Shown one piece after another: positions 1 to 10,061 of a DNA stretch of 64,000 nt. The stretch is from Nanobdellota archaeon. GTDB lineage: Archaea > Nanobdellota > Nanobdellia > Pacearchaeales > JAHJTO01. The notes under the pieces are model-generated. The model searched no databases and was not told the DNA's origin. It saw only the letters and a program-made list of their open reading frames with translations. The position numbers were made by a program, and so were the translations under genes. The DNA is taken from assembly GCA_042572295.1 (NCBI GenBank), contig JBHPFA010000001.1:9583-73582 (forward strand), in the 5' to 3' direction. Numbering within the stretch: the first letter of the stretch is position 1; the number at the start of each line of letters is the position of its first letter.

Positions 1-2
1 TA

Positions 3-215
3 GACTCCACTGTTGTCAATTGAGACTCTTGCTGTTTTCTTTCCTAATGCAAGAACTGTTCCTGATACAAAAGGTGGTTGGCTAAGCCTTTCGACTTCCT
101 CTTGCAAGATCAAGATGCTTTTCTTTAGCTTATCTGTTCCTTTGCCTTCAGCAAGCTCTTCTTGCAGCATGAGGACGCTTTTCTTCAGTCTTTCTAGTTC
201 GTTTTTTTCAGCCAT
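3..215 (-). CDS. pan: Proteasome-activating nucleotidase-like AAA+ ATPase, N-terminal fragment (runs off window start)
   Basis: Manual translation MAEKNELERLKKSVLMLQEELAEG...ILQEEVERLSQPPFVSGTVLALGKKTARV: coiled coil followed by the PP-x-x-x-GTV OB-fold start typical of PAN; ATPase domain not in window. Confidence 0.7.
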   Translation of the reverse strand, partial: MAEKNELERLKKSVLMLQEELAEGKGTDKLKKSILILQEEVERLSQPPFVSGTVLALGKKTARVSIDNSGV

Positions 216-331
216 TTTGTTTTTCCTTATTCTATTATAGTCTGGATTTTACTTAACTCTGCGTTGTAGGTATTTGTACAACACTTTTTGTTTTAATAAT
301 ATTTTTTGCTTGAAATATTCCTTATGGAATA

Positions 332-502
332 TTATTCATATCCCCCGTAAGATCCATAAAACTTCTCATCAAAGGTTTGGTTTTCCTTAAATCCATAGTT
401 GTCAGATGCATCCTGTAGTGCTTCTTCTGTGTTAAGTCTAGATTCAAGACTAATGCCTTTATAGGTAAGTTCTATTTTAGGGTTAGAATTTTGTTCTTCC
501 AT
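332..502 (-). CDS. Small acidic hypothetical protein (56 aa)
   Basis: ATG at 502 downstream of an AT-rich promoter region; upstream of pan; no recognisable domain. Confidence 0.5.
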   Translation of the reverse strand: MEEQNSNPKIELTYKGISLESRLNTEEALQDASDNYGFKENQTFDEKFYGSYGGYE

Positions 503-606
503 ACTAATGTATAGAGTTGTATTAAACATAAACATTACTGACAAAAATAGGGGCCTAGTGTTGTACATTTAGAAAAGTTTAAATATTAGATAATCTATCC
601 TATAAT

Positions 607-1431
607 ATGTTTGATTTAGATATGAGTAAGAAAATCAGTGATTTTGTGTATATTAAACCTAGAACTGTTGATGAGATAGCTAAACATATAGGTAAGAATT
701 GGCGTACTGCTGATAGGTATGTTAAAAGGATCTCTGAAGAACAGGGTACTATTTCAATGAGGACTTTTAGAGAAGGGACAAAAGGGGCTTTGAAGTTAGT
801 GTTCTGGAACAATATTGAGAAGATTCATTCAAGCACTTTTCAAGAAAGGTTGTTTTATAGGATTACAAGAGGTATAAGAAAGAGTGATTTTAGTCCTTTT
901 GACATTTATCAACACATAGGAAATGGGAAGAAGGTAGCTCATTTGTTTGAACAAGAGAGAAAGATGTTTGCAGAGTTTGTACCTATGTTAAAACAGGCTG
1001 AAAAGCAGGTTTTATTCTTTTCAGGAAATTTATCTTGGGTTAAACAAAAGGGTTTTATTGAAGCTTTGGAAGAATTGGCTAAGCGAAAGGTCATTATAAA
1101 AATTATTACAAGGATTGATTATACTGGGATAGAAAATATAAGAGCAGTTCTTGGTATAAATAATAAAGTTGGGAGAACTGCTATTGAGATTAAGCATAAA
1201 GAACAACCATTAAGGGGGGCGATAATTGATAATAAGCTTGTCAATTTTAAGGAAGTAAAAGATCCGGTATTTAATCCAAGTTTAAAGAAGAAGTCTTGTA
1301 TCTCTTATCAGTTATTTGATAAGGATTGGATTGAGTGGTTGCAGAAAGTGTTTTGGCATATGTTTGCAGACGGTATCGGTGCAGAGAAAAGATTTGAAGA
1401 GATTGATACTATTCATAAAATTTTAGATTAA
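607..1431 (+). CDS. Putative transcriptional regulator, N-terminal HTH plus TrmB/PLD-like effector domain
   Basis: N-terminal TVDEIAKHIGKNWRTADRYV helix-turn-helix; C-terminal AEKQVLFFSGNLSW...LRGAIIDNK pattern. Confidence 0.6.
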   Translation: MFDLDMSKKISDFVYIKPRTVDEIAKHIGKNWRTADRYVKRISEEQGTISMRTFREGTKGALKLVFWNNIEKIHSSTFQERLFYRITRGIRKSDFSPFDIYQHIGNGKKVAHLFEQERKMFAEFVPMLKQAEKQVLFFSGNLSWVKQKGFIEALEELAKRKVIIKIITRIDYTGIENIRAVLGINNKVGRTAIEIKHKEQPLRGAIIDNKLVNFKEVKDPVFNPSLKKKSCISYQLFDKDWIEWLQKVFWHMFADGIGAEKRFEEIDTIHKILD

Positions 1432-1432
1432 A

Positions 1433-2269
1433 ATGAAACCAAAAGTAAATTTCCATTTGCATTCGACTGGGTCTGATGGAAAATTAAAACCAGAAGAAGT
1501 TGTTAAGCTGTCTATCAAGGCTGGTTTAGAGCATATTTGTTTTACAGATCATCACCTTTATCCTAAAATTCTTGGTAAGAAGGTTGGATGGTCTGGTTCT
1601 GTACATCATAAAGAGCCTTACTATAAAGAAGTTTTAAGATTAAAGAAGAAATATGCTAAAAAAATATGTATTGGTTATGGTGCGGAATTTGATTGGTTTG
1701 AAGATTATCAAGCTTTTACTAAGAAGCAATTGAAATCAAGACCTTTTGATTTTATTTTGGGAGCTATTCATGTTTTCAAGTTGAGAGATGGAAGTTACTT
1801 CAATGTAAATGATATGAGGAAAGATATGAGCGGTCCTATGAAGAAGTATGGTATGGAGAGTATTGTTAAAGGATATTATAAGACTCTTAGGAATCTAATA
1901 AAGTCTGAATTATTTGATTGTGTTGCTCATTTTGATGTAATCAAAATAAGGAATGCTGATAAGAGGTGCTTTTCTGAAAAATCTAAGTGGTATAAGGATG
2001 AAGCCTTGAAGACATTAAATGTTTTACAAAAGAGTGGAATGTGTATGGAAATAAATACTGGTGCTAAGAGAGCCGGTTTGAAGGGGAATTATCCTGCTGA
2101 ATGGATCTTGAAAGAGGCTTTCAAAAGAAGGATTCCAATAACAATAGGTTCAGATGGACATAAAAATGTCGATTTAGGATTGAAAGAAGGTTATCAGATG
2201 GCTAAATCTGTGGGTTATAAGACTTTATGGGTATTTGAAGGAAGAAAGAGAAGAGAAATTAAGATTTAA
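1433..2269 (+). CDS. PHP-family phosphatase (histidinol-phosphatase HisK/HisJ-like)
   Basis: HLHS..SDG, FTDH, GAIH, AHFD, EINT and GSDGH metal-binding motifs. Confidence 0.85.
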   Translation: MKPKVNFHLHSTGSDGKLKPEEVVKLSIKAGLEHICFTDHHLYPKILGKKVGWSGSVHHKEPYYKEVLRLKKKYAKKICIGYGAEFDWFEDYQAFTKKQLKSRPFDFILGAIHVFKLRDGSYFNVNDMRKDMSGPMKKYGMESIVKGYYKTLRNLIKSELFDCVAHFDVIKIRNADKRCFSEKSKWYKDEALKTLNVLQKSGMCMEINTGAKRAGLKGNYPAEWILKEAFKRRIPITIGSDGHKNVDLGLKEGYQMAKSVGYKTLWVFEGRKRREIKI

Positions 2270-2309
2270 GACTAAATAAAATACTTAAAAAAATAAAAAA
2301 AGTAAGAAT

Positions 2310-2486
2310 TTACTTCTTAGCTTCTTCAGGTTTTTTCTTGCCTATGATTTTATACATGTTTGTGTTGCAAGTTGAGCATTTTCCTTTCATAGCAGCCATT
2401 TCTCCACCTCTACTCTTCATTGTAGTATCTTCAGTGTCTTTCATTTCTCTCTTAGCTTTGCATTTTACACAATATCCTTCTACCAT
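2310..2486 (-). CDS. Small basic Zn-ribbon protein, DUF5679-like (58 aa), copy 1
   Basis: Not in ORF track; MVEGYCVKCKAKREMKD...KGKCSTCNTNMYKIIGKKK; GGAGGT SD upstream. Confidence 0.85.
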   Translation of the reverse strand: MVEGYCVKCKAKREMKDTEDTTMKSRGGEMAAMKGKCSTCNTNMYKIIGKKKPEEAKK

Positions 2487-2614
2487 TTGATCATTAACCT
2501 CCTTGTTTTTATGAGTAAAATAAGGGTTTTAAAGCTTACGAAGTCAGGATACTACTTAGGGATGAGAGTGTTCTCACTCTAAAAATTGACTTAAAAAATA
2601 AAAAAAGTAAGAAT

Positions 2615-2764
2615 TTACTTTTTCTTACCTAAGATTTTATACATGTTTGTACCGCATTTAGTACATTTTCCTTTTGCTGCCATCATTCCGTTCTTCATTT
2701 CTACTTCGGCAACATCTTTCATCTCTCTATTTTCTTTACATTTCATGCATCTTCCTTCTACCAT
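2615..2764 (-). CDS. Small basic Zn-ribbon protein, DUF5679-like (49 aa), copy 2
   Basis: Not in ORF track; MVEGRCMKCKENREMKD...KGKCTKCGTNMYKILGKKK; GGAGGT SD upstream. Confidence 0.85.
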   Translation of the reverse strand: MVEGRCMKCKENREMKDVAEVEMKNGMMAAKGKCTKCGTNMYKILGKKK

Positions 2765-2855
2765 TTGATCATTAACCTCCGTATATTTATGAGTAAAATA
2801 ACCGTTTTAAAGCTTTCTTACTGAGAATACTACTTTAGAATAGGGTGTTTTTGGT

Positions 2856-4085
2856 TTAAATGTCTCCCCAGCCGATTAGTCTCCAGTGACCACCAAGATT
2901 TCTAGCCATTCCTACTTTGCTTCCAGGAATTAGAACTACTGGGATTCTTAAGCTCATTTCTATTTCGTTTCCTTTAACTTTTGTTACTCTTCCTACAGAG
3001 ATAGTTGTGTTTATGCTTAAGAGTAAGAATTCTTGAGATTTTATTGGAGAAACTTCCAATTTCTTTTCAGAACCTATGATTTCTTTGAATAGGTTCAGTT
3101 TTAGTTTAAGTGTTTCACTTAATTCTGGAAGAGTGCCTGCTTTTCCAATTACACATCCTGATAAATTATCTGATTTAGTCAATGCAGGATCTAGAGTTGT
3201 CTGAATTGCTAAAGATCCTGATGGGGAAGCTTCATCTAATTTGAATTTTCCTGCTTGTAATCCTAAAATCTTTGTTTTTAGGGTTGTGTAGATTGTTTTA
3301 TCATGTTTCTTTGTTGAAAGTCCTGGTTTTATTTCAATTTCATCTCCTACTTTGAATGTTCCTTGTTTTAGTGTTCCTCCTAAAACTCCTCCATTAATTT
3401 TTGAGATTTCTGATCCTGGTTTATTAATATCAAAACTTCTTGCTACAAAGAAAATTGGGTCTCCTTTAACATCTCTTTTTGGAATTTCTAATTTAGTTAT
3501 CTCTTCAAGAACTGCACTTAAGTTAACTCCTTGTTTTGCTGAAACTGGAATTATTGGAGCTTTTTCAGCAACAGTTCCTTTTACAAATTCTTTGATTTGT
3601 TTATAGTTTTCCATTGCTTTTTCTTTTGTAACTGCATCTACTTTGTTTTGGACTATGATTATGTTTTTCATACCTCTTGCTTGTAGAGCTACTAAATGTT
3701 CTTTTGTTTGTGGTCTTGGGCAAGGTTCATTTGCTGCTATTACTAACAAAGCAGCATCCATTATTGCTGAACCTGAAAGCATTGCTGCCATAAGCATTTC
3801 GTGTCCTGGAACATCTACAAAGCTTACATGTCTTATTGGAGTGGAGTCTTCCCCACATTTACATGAAGCTCCTGCAGTATAACCACAGTCTTTACATTTG
3901 CTTATTACAACATCAGAATAACCTAATTTTATTGTGATTCCTCTTTTGAGCTCTTCACTATGGGTGTCAGACCATTTTCCTGATAATTTATACAATAAAG
4001 TAGTCTTTCCGTGGTCAATATGTCCAACCATACCGATGTTTAACAAAGGCTGTTTTGTGATTTGTTCAGTTTTCTGTTTAGTCAT
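2856..4085 (-). CDS. eif2g: Translation initiation factor aIF2 gamma subunit
   Basis: GHIDHGKTT, DTHSEELKRGITIKLGY, Zn knuckle, DVPGHE, QNKVD, RSFDINKPG, WRLIGWG. Confidence 0.97.
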   Translation of the reverse strand: MTKQKTEQITKQPLLNIGMVGHIDHGKTTLLYKLSGKWSDTHSEELKRGITIKLGYSDVVISKCKDCGYTAGASCKCGEDSTPIRHVSFVDVPGHEMLMAAMLSGSAIMDAALLVIAANEPCPRPQTKEHLVALQARGMKNIIIVQNKVDAVTKEKAMENYKQIKEFVKGTVAEKAPIIPVSAKQGVNLSAVLEEITKLEIPKRDVKGDPIFFVARSFDINKPGSEISKINGGVLGGTLKQGTFKVGDEIEIKPGLSTKKHDKTIYTTLKTKILGLQAGKFKLDEASPSGSLAIQTTLDPALTKSDNLSGCVIGKAGTLPELSETLKLKLNLFKEIIGSEKKLEVSPIKSQEFLLLSINTTISVGRVTKVKGNEIEMSLRIPVVLIPGSKVGMARNLGGHWRLIGWGDI

Positions 4086-4119
4086 ATTTTTTCCAAGAGA
4101 AGTTGTCTTTTAAATCCTT

Positions 4120-5073
4120 TTATTTACTTCTTGTCTCGAGTCTTCTTTTTTCAGCTAGTTCTCTAAGATTTCCAGAATAGTGGAATTTCTTATTATACCA
4201 CTTAGGTAGTTTGCTATTTTCTGTAGAAACTGTTTTGAATTTCAATTTGCCGTCTAAATAAGCCCTTTCATCTTTACTTAATGGCCTATTTTCGTAAATG
4301 TCTCTAAAAATATCTAATATTGCTTCTGCATATTCTTCTCTTCCCCCATATTTTTTGGTTATTTTTGGCAGGAAAGGGGCTTTTTCTAGTTTCATTGGTC
4401 TTTTCCTCTGATTCTTTTTCATAAGACTAAAGTATTGGTTTTCAGGAACATAGATTGTGATCTTTCCCAGTAAAGATTTTCTAAATTCTGCAAATTCTTT
4501 TGCAGGAATCTTTTTTACTCTTTCTTCTAGGCCCATTTTACTTTCCCAATAAGGGTTCATTTCTTTTTCCATTAAATCTAATTCTGTTTGTAATTGCCCA
4601 GGCATTGTTTTTAAGACCTTGTTTCTACTATTGTTATATATTGCAGCTCCACTGTCTATTGATTTGCCCTTTTTTCCTGGTTCTTTGCCACCTATGTATA
4701 GAGATAATATATCATATGGGTAGAGTACTTTTCTTTTAGTCCCAGAAACATCATTACGTAATTTTGAAGTGTCTAATTTCACACTAGTGGGTCTTTTTGA
4801 AGAGTAAAACCCTGCAGCTATGGATAACATCTCTTTCATATCGAGTAAGTCACACATATTGTATGTGAATTTTAATTTCATTAAGGATCTATATGTATCT
4901 TCTAGAAATCCTTTATGGCCTTGGAATGCTTGAGTGAGGAATTCCTTTTTTAACCCAAATGTATCTAATGGGGTTCTGACTGCGCTAGGATAGCCATTTT
5001 CTTTTACAAATTTGCCTATAATATTTCCTTTATAGCCAGATTTTCTATTGAATACTTCGTGATGATTTGTCAT
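4120..5073 (-). CDS. Hypothetical protein
   Basis: 317-aa ORF, no recognisable motif. Confidence 0.7.
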   Translation of the reverse strand: MTNHHEVFNRKSGYKGNIIGKFVKENGYPSAVRTPLDTFGLKKEFLTQAFQGHKGFLEDTYRSLMKLKFTYNMCDLLDMKEMLSIAAGFYSSKRPTSVKLDTSKLRNDVSGTKRKVLYPYDILSLYIGGKEPGKKGKSIDSGAAIYNNSRNKVLKTMPGQLQTELDLMEKEMNPYWESKMGLEERVKKIPAKEFAEFRKSLLGKITIYVPENQYFSLMKKNQRKRPMKLEKAPFLPKITKKYGGREEYAEAILDIFRDIYENRPLSKDERAYLDGKLKFKTVSTENSKLPKWYNKKFHYSGNLRELAEKRRLETRSK

Positions 5074-5103
5074 ATTAGATTTAGAAATAAGGGGTTCTTA
5101 AAA

Positions 5104-5661
5104 TTAATGTTTTTTAACGCTGTATTCTAAGCCTCTTTTATCAGCTTCTACTTTGATATCCTGTGCAGTTGGGAATTCTCTTTCGAATTCTTCATTACAG
5201 TGCTCGACTTTCATACCTTTGATTTTACTTACTGTCTTTTCCAATTTCTCGAATTTAGAAGGGGATAAGATGATAGGTTGTAAGTTATGTACATAAATTG
5301 TTGAATGAAAGTCTATTTCATCTCTGTTTTCTTGAGGCAATGTTCTCTTTTTAGGGCAAGGTCCAGCCTCTCTGTATTTCTCTGATAATTCTCTGAAATG
5401 CTCAACTGGAAGAGATTCTTCATCTATAAATCTCCTGAATAAGTTTCCAGCGCTATAATTCAAGAAATATTCATGGAAAAGGAGTAGATTGCTGTATCTT
5501 TCTCTAGGTGTGAAGCCATTTGAGGTTATAGGCCACAATATTTTTTCCTTGTATAGCTTTTGATATATTTCGTTTCCAAGCAATTTTAATGTAGAATGTA
5601 TGACAGAATGTGCCCTTTCTCCATATACTCTTGATTTCTTGTTGTTTCTTTTTGAGAACAT
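5104..5661 (-). CDS. Hypothetical protein
   Basis: 185-aa ORF with TATA-like element upstream. Confidence 0.65.
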   Translation of the reverse strand: MFSKRNNKKSRVYGERAHSVIHSTLKLLGNEIYQKLYKEKILWPITSNGFTPRERYSNLLLFHEYFLNYSAGNLFRRFIDEESLPVEHFRELSEKYREAGPCPKKRTLPQENRDEIDFHSTIYVHNLQPIILSPSKFEKLEKTVSKIKGMKVEHCNEEFEREFPTAQDIKVEADKRGLEYSVKKH

Positions 5662-5797
5662 CTTAACCTTTTTTTATAGTAAAAAGAACCTTTATATATT
5701 TTTCCATTAACCCCCTTTTGGTGACGAAAAGATTTATCCAGAGTCAGTAGTGTCATTTATTCGAAAATTTTATATATAGTCTTTTTTTTGGGTTTCT

Positions 5798-6061
5798 ATG
5801 GGTATTGGAATTGATTCATTAGTTGAAGGAGTAAGTGCAGTTGCTTTAATTGGAGGGGCATATGCTGGAATTAAGTATTATCCAAGAGTTCTTCGATTTA
5901 TTGGTGAGAATGTTCTACAGATGGGCTCGGGGAGTCCATTTAAGAAAGATACCCCTTATACTGGGTTGGAAAAAAAAGAGGATTACTCTAAAGGTTTGTT
6001 AAAGACTAGAAAAAAGATGGAAATGCTTGAGAGCGGATTATCTGAAGAAGATTTAAATTGA
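5798..6061 (+). CDS. Small protein with N-terminal hydrophobic segment
   Basis: 87 aa; TTTATATA ~29 nt upstream of ATG (leaderless). Confidence 0.6.
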   Translation: MGIGIDSLVEGVSAVALIGGAYAGIKYYPRVLRFIGENVLQMGSGSPFKKDTPYTGLEKKEDYSKGLLKTRKKMEMLESGLSEEDLN

Positions 6062-8572
6062 TAATGTGCTGTTTTCTATTCTATTTACTTGATCTTTTGT
6101 CTTATTTACAGTATCAGGGTTTACTGAGATACTGTTGATGCCTTGTTTTACTAAGAATTCGGTCATCTCTGGATAAACTGAAGGGGCTTGGCCACAAATA
6201 CTTACAGATTTGTTGTGTTTATGGAAACCTTTGATTATATTACTTAATGCGACTAAGACTGCTTTGTTTCTTTCATCAAAATAACCCATTCTTCCTAATA
6301 ATGCAGAATCTCTATCTACTCCTAAAACTAATTGCGTTAAGTCATTGCTTCCTATTGAAGCACCATCAATTGGAAGCTTTGCAAACTCTTCAGGAATTAA
6401 AGCCATGCTTGGGACTTCTGCCATTAGTAAAACTTTGAAGTCTTCACTTCTTTCTAATCCTTCTGTTTTCATTATTTCTAAGCATTTTAGCACTTCACTT
6501 GTGTTTCTTACAAATGGAAGCATTACTTGAACATTTTTGTTTTGTTCTCTTACTTTTTTGATTGCTTTACATTCAAGTCTGAATGCTTTTTCAAAACCTT
6601 CCGAAACATATCTTGAAATTCCTCTGTATCCAATCATAGGATTTGATTCATATAGTTCATATTTTTCTCCACCTTCTAATCCTTTGTACTCATTTGATCT
6701 AAGGTCTGAGAATCTTACGATTACTGGTTTTGGAGAGATTGTTGAAGCAACTTTTGATATTCCCTCTGCTAATTTATCTATGTATTCTTGTTGTTGATTA
6801 AGTTCAATCATGTATAATGGATGTTTTTTGATTTCTGAAGCGATTATGAATTCAACCCTCATTAAACCTATTCCATCAAAATCTAGGTTTCTGTATTTTT
6901 CAATTGCATTTGGTTGTCCCAAGTTCATGTATATCTTTGTTTTTGTTTCAGTCTTAGGAGTTTGAGGTGATTCTACTCTTGCAAGTTCATCTAATACATT
7001 TTCTTCTTGTGCTTCTTGTGGTAGTGTTAGAGCCTGTGGTTTTACTTCATGAGTTGTTTGTGTTTTAGTTTCTCCTTTGTAGACTTTTCCATTTTTTCCA
7101 TCTATTGTGATTACTTGTCCTTCTTTTAGTTCCAAAGTAGCCTTCATTGTTCCAACAATACAAGGAATTCCTAGTTCTCTTGAGATTATGGCTGCGTGAG
7201 CAGTCATTCCTCCTTCATCAGTTACTATTGCTGAAGCTTTTTGCATTGTAACAACCATATCTGGGTTAGTCATTTTTGTTACAAGTACGTCTCCAGATTG
7301 TATTTTTGATAAGTCTGCTAAGTCTTTGATTATTTTTACAGTTCCTGTTGCAACTCCTGGAGATGCTGGAAGACCTTCAAGTATTACTTCTCCAGTAACT
7401 TCTTCCATACTTATTTCTTTTTCATGAGTTGTTACTGGGCGAGTTTGTAGGATGTAGACTTTTCCATATTCCGTTCCCCATTCGATATCTTGAGGAACTT
7501 TGTAGTGGTCTTCGAGTTGTTTTGCATATGTGGCAATTCTTGTCAAGTCATATGAGTCAAGAACTTGTTCTTTTTTCTTTTCATCTATAAGTTCTTTTTG
7601 TATTGTTTCTCCTGCTGCACTTCTTGTGAAGTAGGTGTTTTTTATTGATACTTTTTTTGAAATAGGTTTTAATGTTGCTTTATCAACAACATAATGATCT
7701 GGAGATATTGCCCCTGAGACTATTCCTTCACCCAATCCAAAAACTGCTTCTATCACTATCTCATTTGAATTGTTTGTTGTTGGATTTATTGTGAATGTGA
7801 CTCCTGATTTGTCTGAATTAATCATCTTCTGAACAATTATTGCAATTAGAACTTTTTCCTGAGGGAAACCTTTTTTATGTCTGTAGTAAGTCGCTCTTGC
7901 TGTGAATAAAGAAGCCCAACATCTCTTTACAGCATCTACTAGATTTCTCCAACCTTTTATGTTTAGGTAAGTATCTTGTTGACCTGCAAAACTTGCTCCT
8001 GCCAAATCTTCTGCTGTTGCAGATGAACGAACAGCAACAAAAGGTGGTTCTCTTGCTGTCTTTAATATGTTCAATACATTTTGAGAAGCTCTTTCTGCAA
8101 CTTCTCTACTGATGTCTAAGTTCTTGTAAGCCTTTTTTATCTCGTGTTCAACCTCTTCAGGCATTTCTTCTTGGATTACTAATTCTCTAATCTTATGTGT
8201 CCTGAATTCTAATTGTTTTGTGTCTTCAAAGTCTAGACCTTGAAGTATTGAGGCCATTTTTTGCTTTAATCCTGTTTTCTCTATGAATTTTTTATAAGAA
8301 CCTGCTGTTACAATAAATGCTGGAGGTACTGGAAGTTTTAAGTTGTACATCTCTGCAAGATTTGCACCTTTTCCTCCTCCAATAGAAACATCATCTTTTG
8401 TTATGTCAGATAACCAGACAACATCATTGCTTTTTATGAAATCACTTGCAGCTTTTTTTTCAAAATCAGTGGGAGGAGTAGGTTTTTCTTCATACTCTTC
8501 ATGAGTATCTTTGATCTTAGTATCTACTTCTTTTAGCAAATCATCTGCAGAAACTGTTTTTTCATCACCCAT
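6053..8572 (-). CDS. ppsA: Phosphoenolpyruvate synthase
   Basis: GGKGANLAE, VAVRSSATAEDL..ASFAGQQDT, GGMTAHAAIISRE phospho-His motif, SIGSNDLTQ, ICGQAPS. Confidence 0.96.
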   Translation of the reverse strand: MGDEKTVSADDLLKEVDTKIKDTHEEYEEKPTPPTDFEKKAASDFIKSNDVVWLSDITKDDVSIGGGKGANLAEMYNLKLPVPPAFIVTAGSYKKFIEKTGLKQKMASILQGLDFEDTKQLEFRTHKIRELVIQEEMPEEVEHEIKKAYKNLDISREVAERASQNVLNILKTAREPPFVAVRSSATAEDLAGASFAGQQDTYLNIKGWRNLVDAVKRCWASLFTARATYYRHKKGFPQEKVLIAIIVQKMINSDKSGVTFTINPTTNNSNEIVIEAVFGLGEGIVSGAISPDHYVVDKATLKPISKKVSIKNTYFTRSAAGETIQKELIDEKKKEQVLDSYDLTRIATYAKQLEDHYKVPQDIEWGTEYGKVYILQTRPVTTHEKEISMEEVTGEVILEGLPASPGVATGTVKIIKDLADLSKIQSGDVLVTKMTNPDMVVTMQKASAIVTDEGGMTAHAAIISRELGIPCIVGTMKATLELKEGQVITIDGKNGKVYKGETKTQTTHEVKPQALTLPQEAQEENVLDELARVESPQTPKTETKTKIYMNLGQPNAIEKYRNLDFDGIGLMRVEFIIASEIKKHPLYMIELNQQQEYIDKLAEGISKVASTISPKPVIVRFSDLRSNEYKGLEGGEKYELYESNPMIGYRGISRYVSEGFEKAFRLECKAIKKVREQNKNVQVMLPFVRNTSEVLKCLEIMKTEGLERSEDFKVLLMAEVPSMALIPEEFAKLPIDGASIGSNDLTQLVLGVDRDSALLGRMGYFDERNKAVLVALSNIIKGFHKHNKSVSICGQAPSVYPEMTEFLVKQGINSISVNPDTVNKTKDQVNRIENSTLSI

Positions 8573-8623
8573 TTTGTTGATTGAAGATAGAGAAGTGATT
8601 TAATAAAGTTTTTGTATAAGAAA

Positions 8624-9154
8624 TTATTTATTAGTTATCTCTAAAGAAGTGGTCATACAGAATTTAGGCTTGATTTTCTTATAGATTGCTCTAAATTTGT
8701 TTATGTCACTTTCTGTGTTAAAGCCTAGAATTACTAATGGCTTCCCTACTCTAACTTGGGCAGCTTTTCCTACAGCTTTCCCAAAAGATTGGGACATTCC
8801 TGAGGACATTCTGTCTGCCTGTGCTACTGCTGCTTGTTTGTGTTCTCTAAGAATCTGGTGTGGATATACTGCTAAGTTCATGTAATAGTCCGTACCCACC
8901 TCGTTCTCTAATTGTCTGTGCATCTGGCTTCTGATTGCCTCTAATGCAACATCTCTTATTTGAGCGTTTTCTTTAGAAATGACTTTGACTGTAAATTTAT
9001 ATTTTCCATCTGTGAACTTTGCTGCGCCACCCATTACAAACTTGTTAATTGCTGTTGGTGGGACTGATCTAATATAAGCTTTAGCTCTTACTTTAGAATT
9101 TCTAGTGAAAGGTCTTTGTAATGCTTTATAGGGTGCTGGGTTTTTGATTGCCAT
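8624..9154 (-). CDS. rpl10e: 50S ribosomal protein uL16 (L10e)
   Basis: YPHQILREHK...ADRMSSGMSQSFGK..GKAAQV. Confidence 0.93.
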   Translation of the reverse strand: MAIKNPAPYKALQRPFTRNSKVRAKAYIRSVPPTAINKFVMGGAAKFTDGKYKFTVKVISKENAQIRDVALEAIRSQMHRQLENEVGTDYYMNLAVYPHQILREHKQAAVAQADRMSSGMSQSFGKAVGKAAQVRVGKPLVILGFNTESDINKFRAIYKKIKPKFCMTTSLEITNK

Positions 9155-9155
9155 T

Positions 9156-9413
9156 TTATTCTATCTTCACCTTAGTTGTTACTGCTTGTCCTGGAAGGCC
9201 TTTTTCGAAGATTACTCTGACTAGGCCTTTTCCACCATGAGGTGCTGAAACTTGGCCAACTATCTCCTTCTTAGCAGGGCTTGTCCATGTTACTTTCTTG
9301 CCCATTAATTTAGTAGCTTCTACCCTATCATCACAGCCATAAGGCTGAATAAGAAAGTGTCTATCTTTTTGAGTATATCTTCCACGTCTGAAGCTAACAA
9401 CTGTTCCTTCCAT
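9156..9413 (-). CDS. rpl35ae: 50S ribosomal protein eL33 (L35Ae)
   Basis: SFRRGRYTQ, PHGGKG.VRV.FEKGLPGQA. Confidence 0.93.
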   Translation of the reverse strand: MEGTVVSFRRGRYTQKDRHFLIQPYGCDDRVEATKLMGKKVTWTSPAKKEIVGQVSAPHGGKGLVRVIFEKGLPGQAVTTKVKIE

Positions 9414-9490
9414 GTTTAAACTTAATTTTATCGGTTTTTAAATGTTTTGAGAGCTAAAACATTTATAAATAGTAAAGTCTAGTAATAAGC

Positions 9491-10060
9491 ATGCAAGAAG
9501 AGCAAAAGTCAAAGGTGAAACAAGTCATATTATCCATTGCTATTGCTTTAGTTTTAGTGTTTTTTATAGGATATGGTATTAGTGTTATCTATGAAGAACC
9601 TGATTATGAGGACTATTGTGGGGATTATTTTGATAAGCCCTCTTATAATGATCAAGTAAGTTGTGAAGAAGTTGGTGGAAAGTGGACTGCACCTACTACT
9701 GTTCCACAGCCAGTAAGGGAAGAGTCTTTTGAGGGAGGACCTGTTATTATGCCGACTGAAACTCAAGGAAGATGTGATTCTGATTTTACTTGTAGAAAAG
9801 AACATAGATCTGCTAGTGATGTTTATAATAGGAATGTGTTTGCTACGAGTTTGATTTTAGGAATGATTATAATAGTTTTAGGAATTGTTTTACAGTTAGA
9901 AAGTGTTAGTGTAGGAATAATGGGCGGTGGAGTTATGCTTATTATATATGGAACGATGAGGTACTGGGGAGAATTAGGAAAGTACTTCAGATTGTTAATT
10001 CTTGGATTAGTTTTAGTTGCTTTGATCTGGATTGGTTATAAGAAGTTCGGAAGTGATTAA
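9491..10060 (+). CDS. Membrane protein with Cys-containing extracellular loop
   Basis: One N-terminal and three C-terminal hydrophobic segments. Confidence 0.75.
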   Translation: MQEEQKSKVKQVILSIAIALVLVFFIGYGISVIYEEPDYEDYCGDYFDKPSYNDQVSCEEVGGKWTAPTTVPQPVREESFEGGPVIMPTETQGRCDSDFTCRKEHRSASDVYNRNVFATSLILGMIIIVLGIVLQLESVSVGIMGGGVMLIIYGTMRYWGELGKYFRLLILGLVLVALIWIGYKKFGSD

Positions 10061-10061
10061 A

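Larger units (their letters stand above)
2283..2835. repeat. Tandem duplication of a whole DUF5679-like transcription unit
   Basis: Shared flanks AAAAAATAAAAAAAGTAAGAATTTACTT and CCTTCTACCATTTGATCATTAACCTCC...TTTATGAGTAAAATAA...TTTTAAAGCTT in both copies. Confidence 0.85.

Noticed and set aside
13..240. 75-aa + strand ORF and the many similar short Ser/Phe/Leu-rich ORFs opposite long genes
   Set aside because: Antisense shadows of well-supported genes (here pan)
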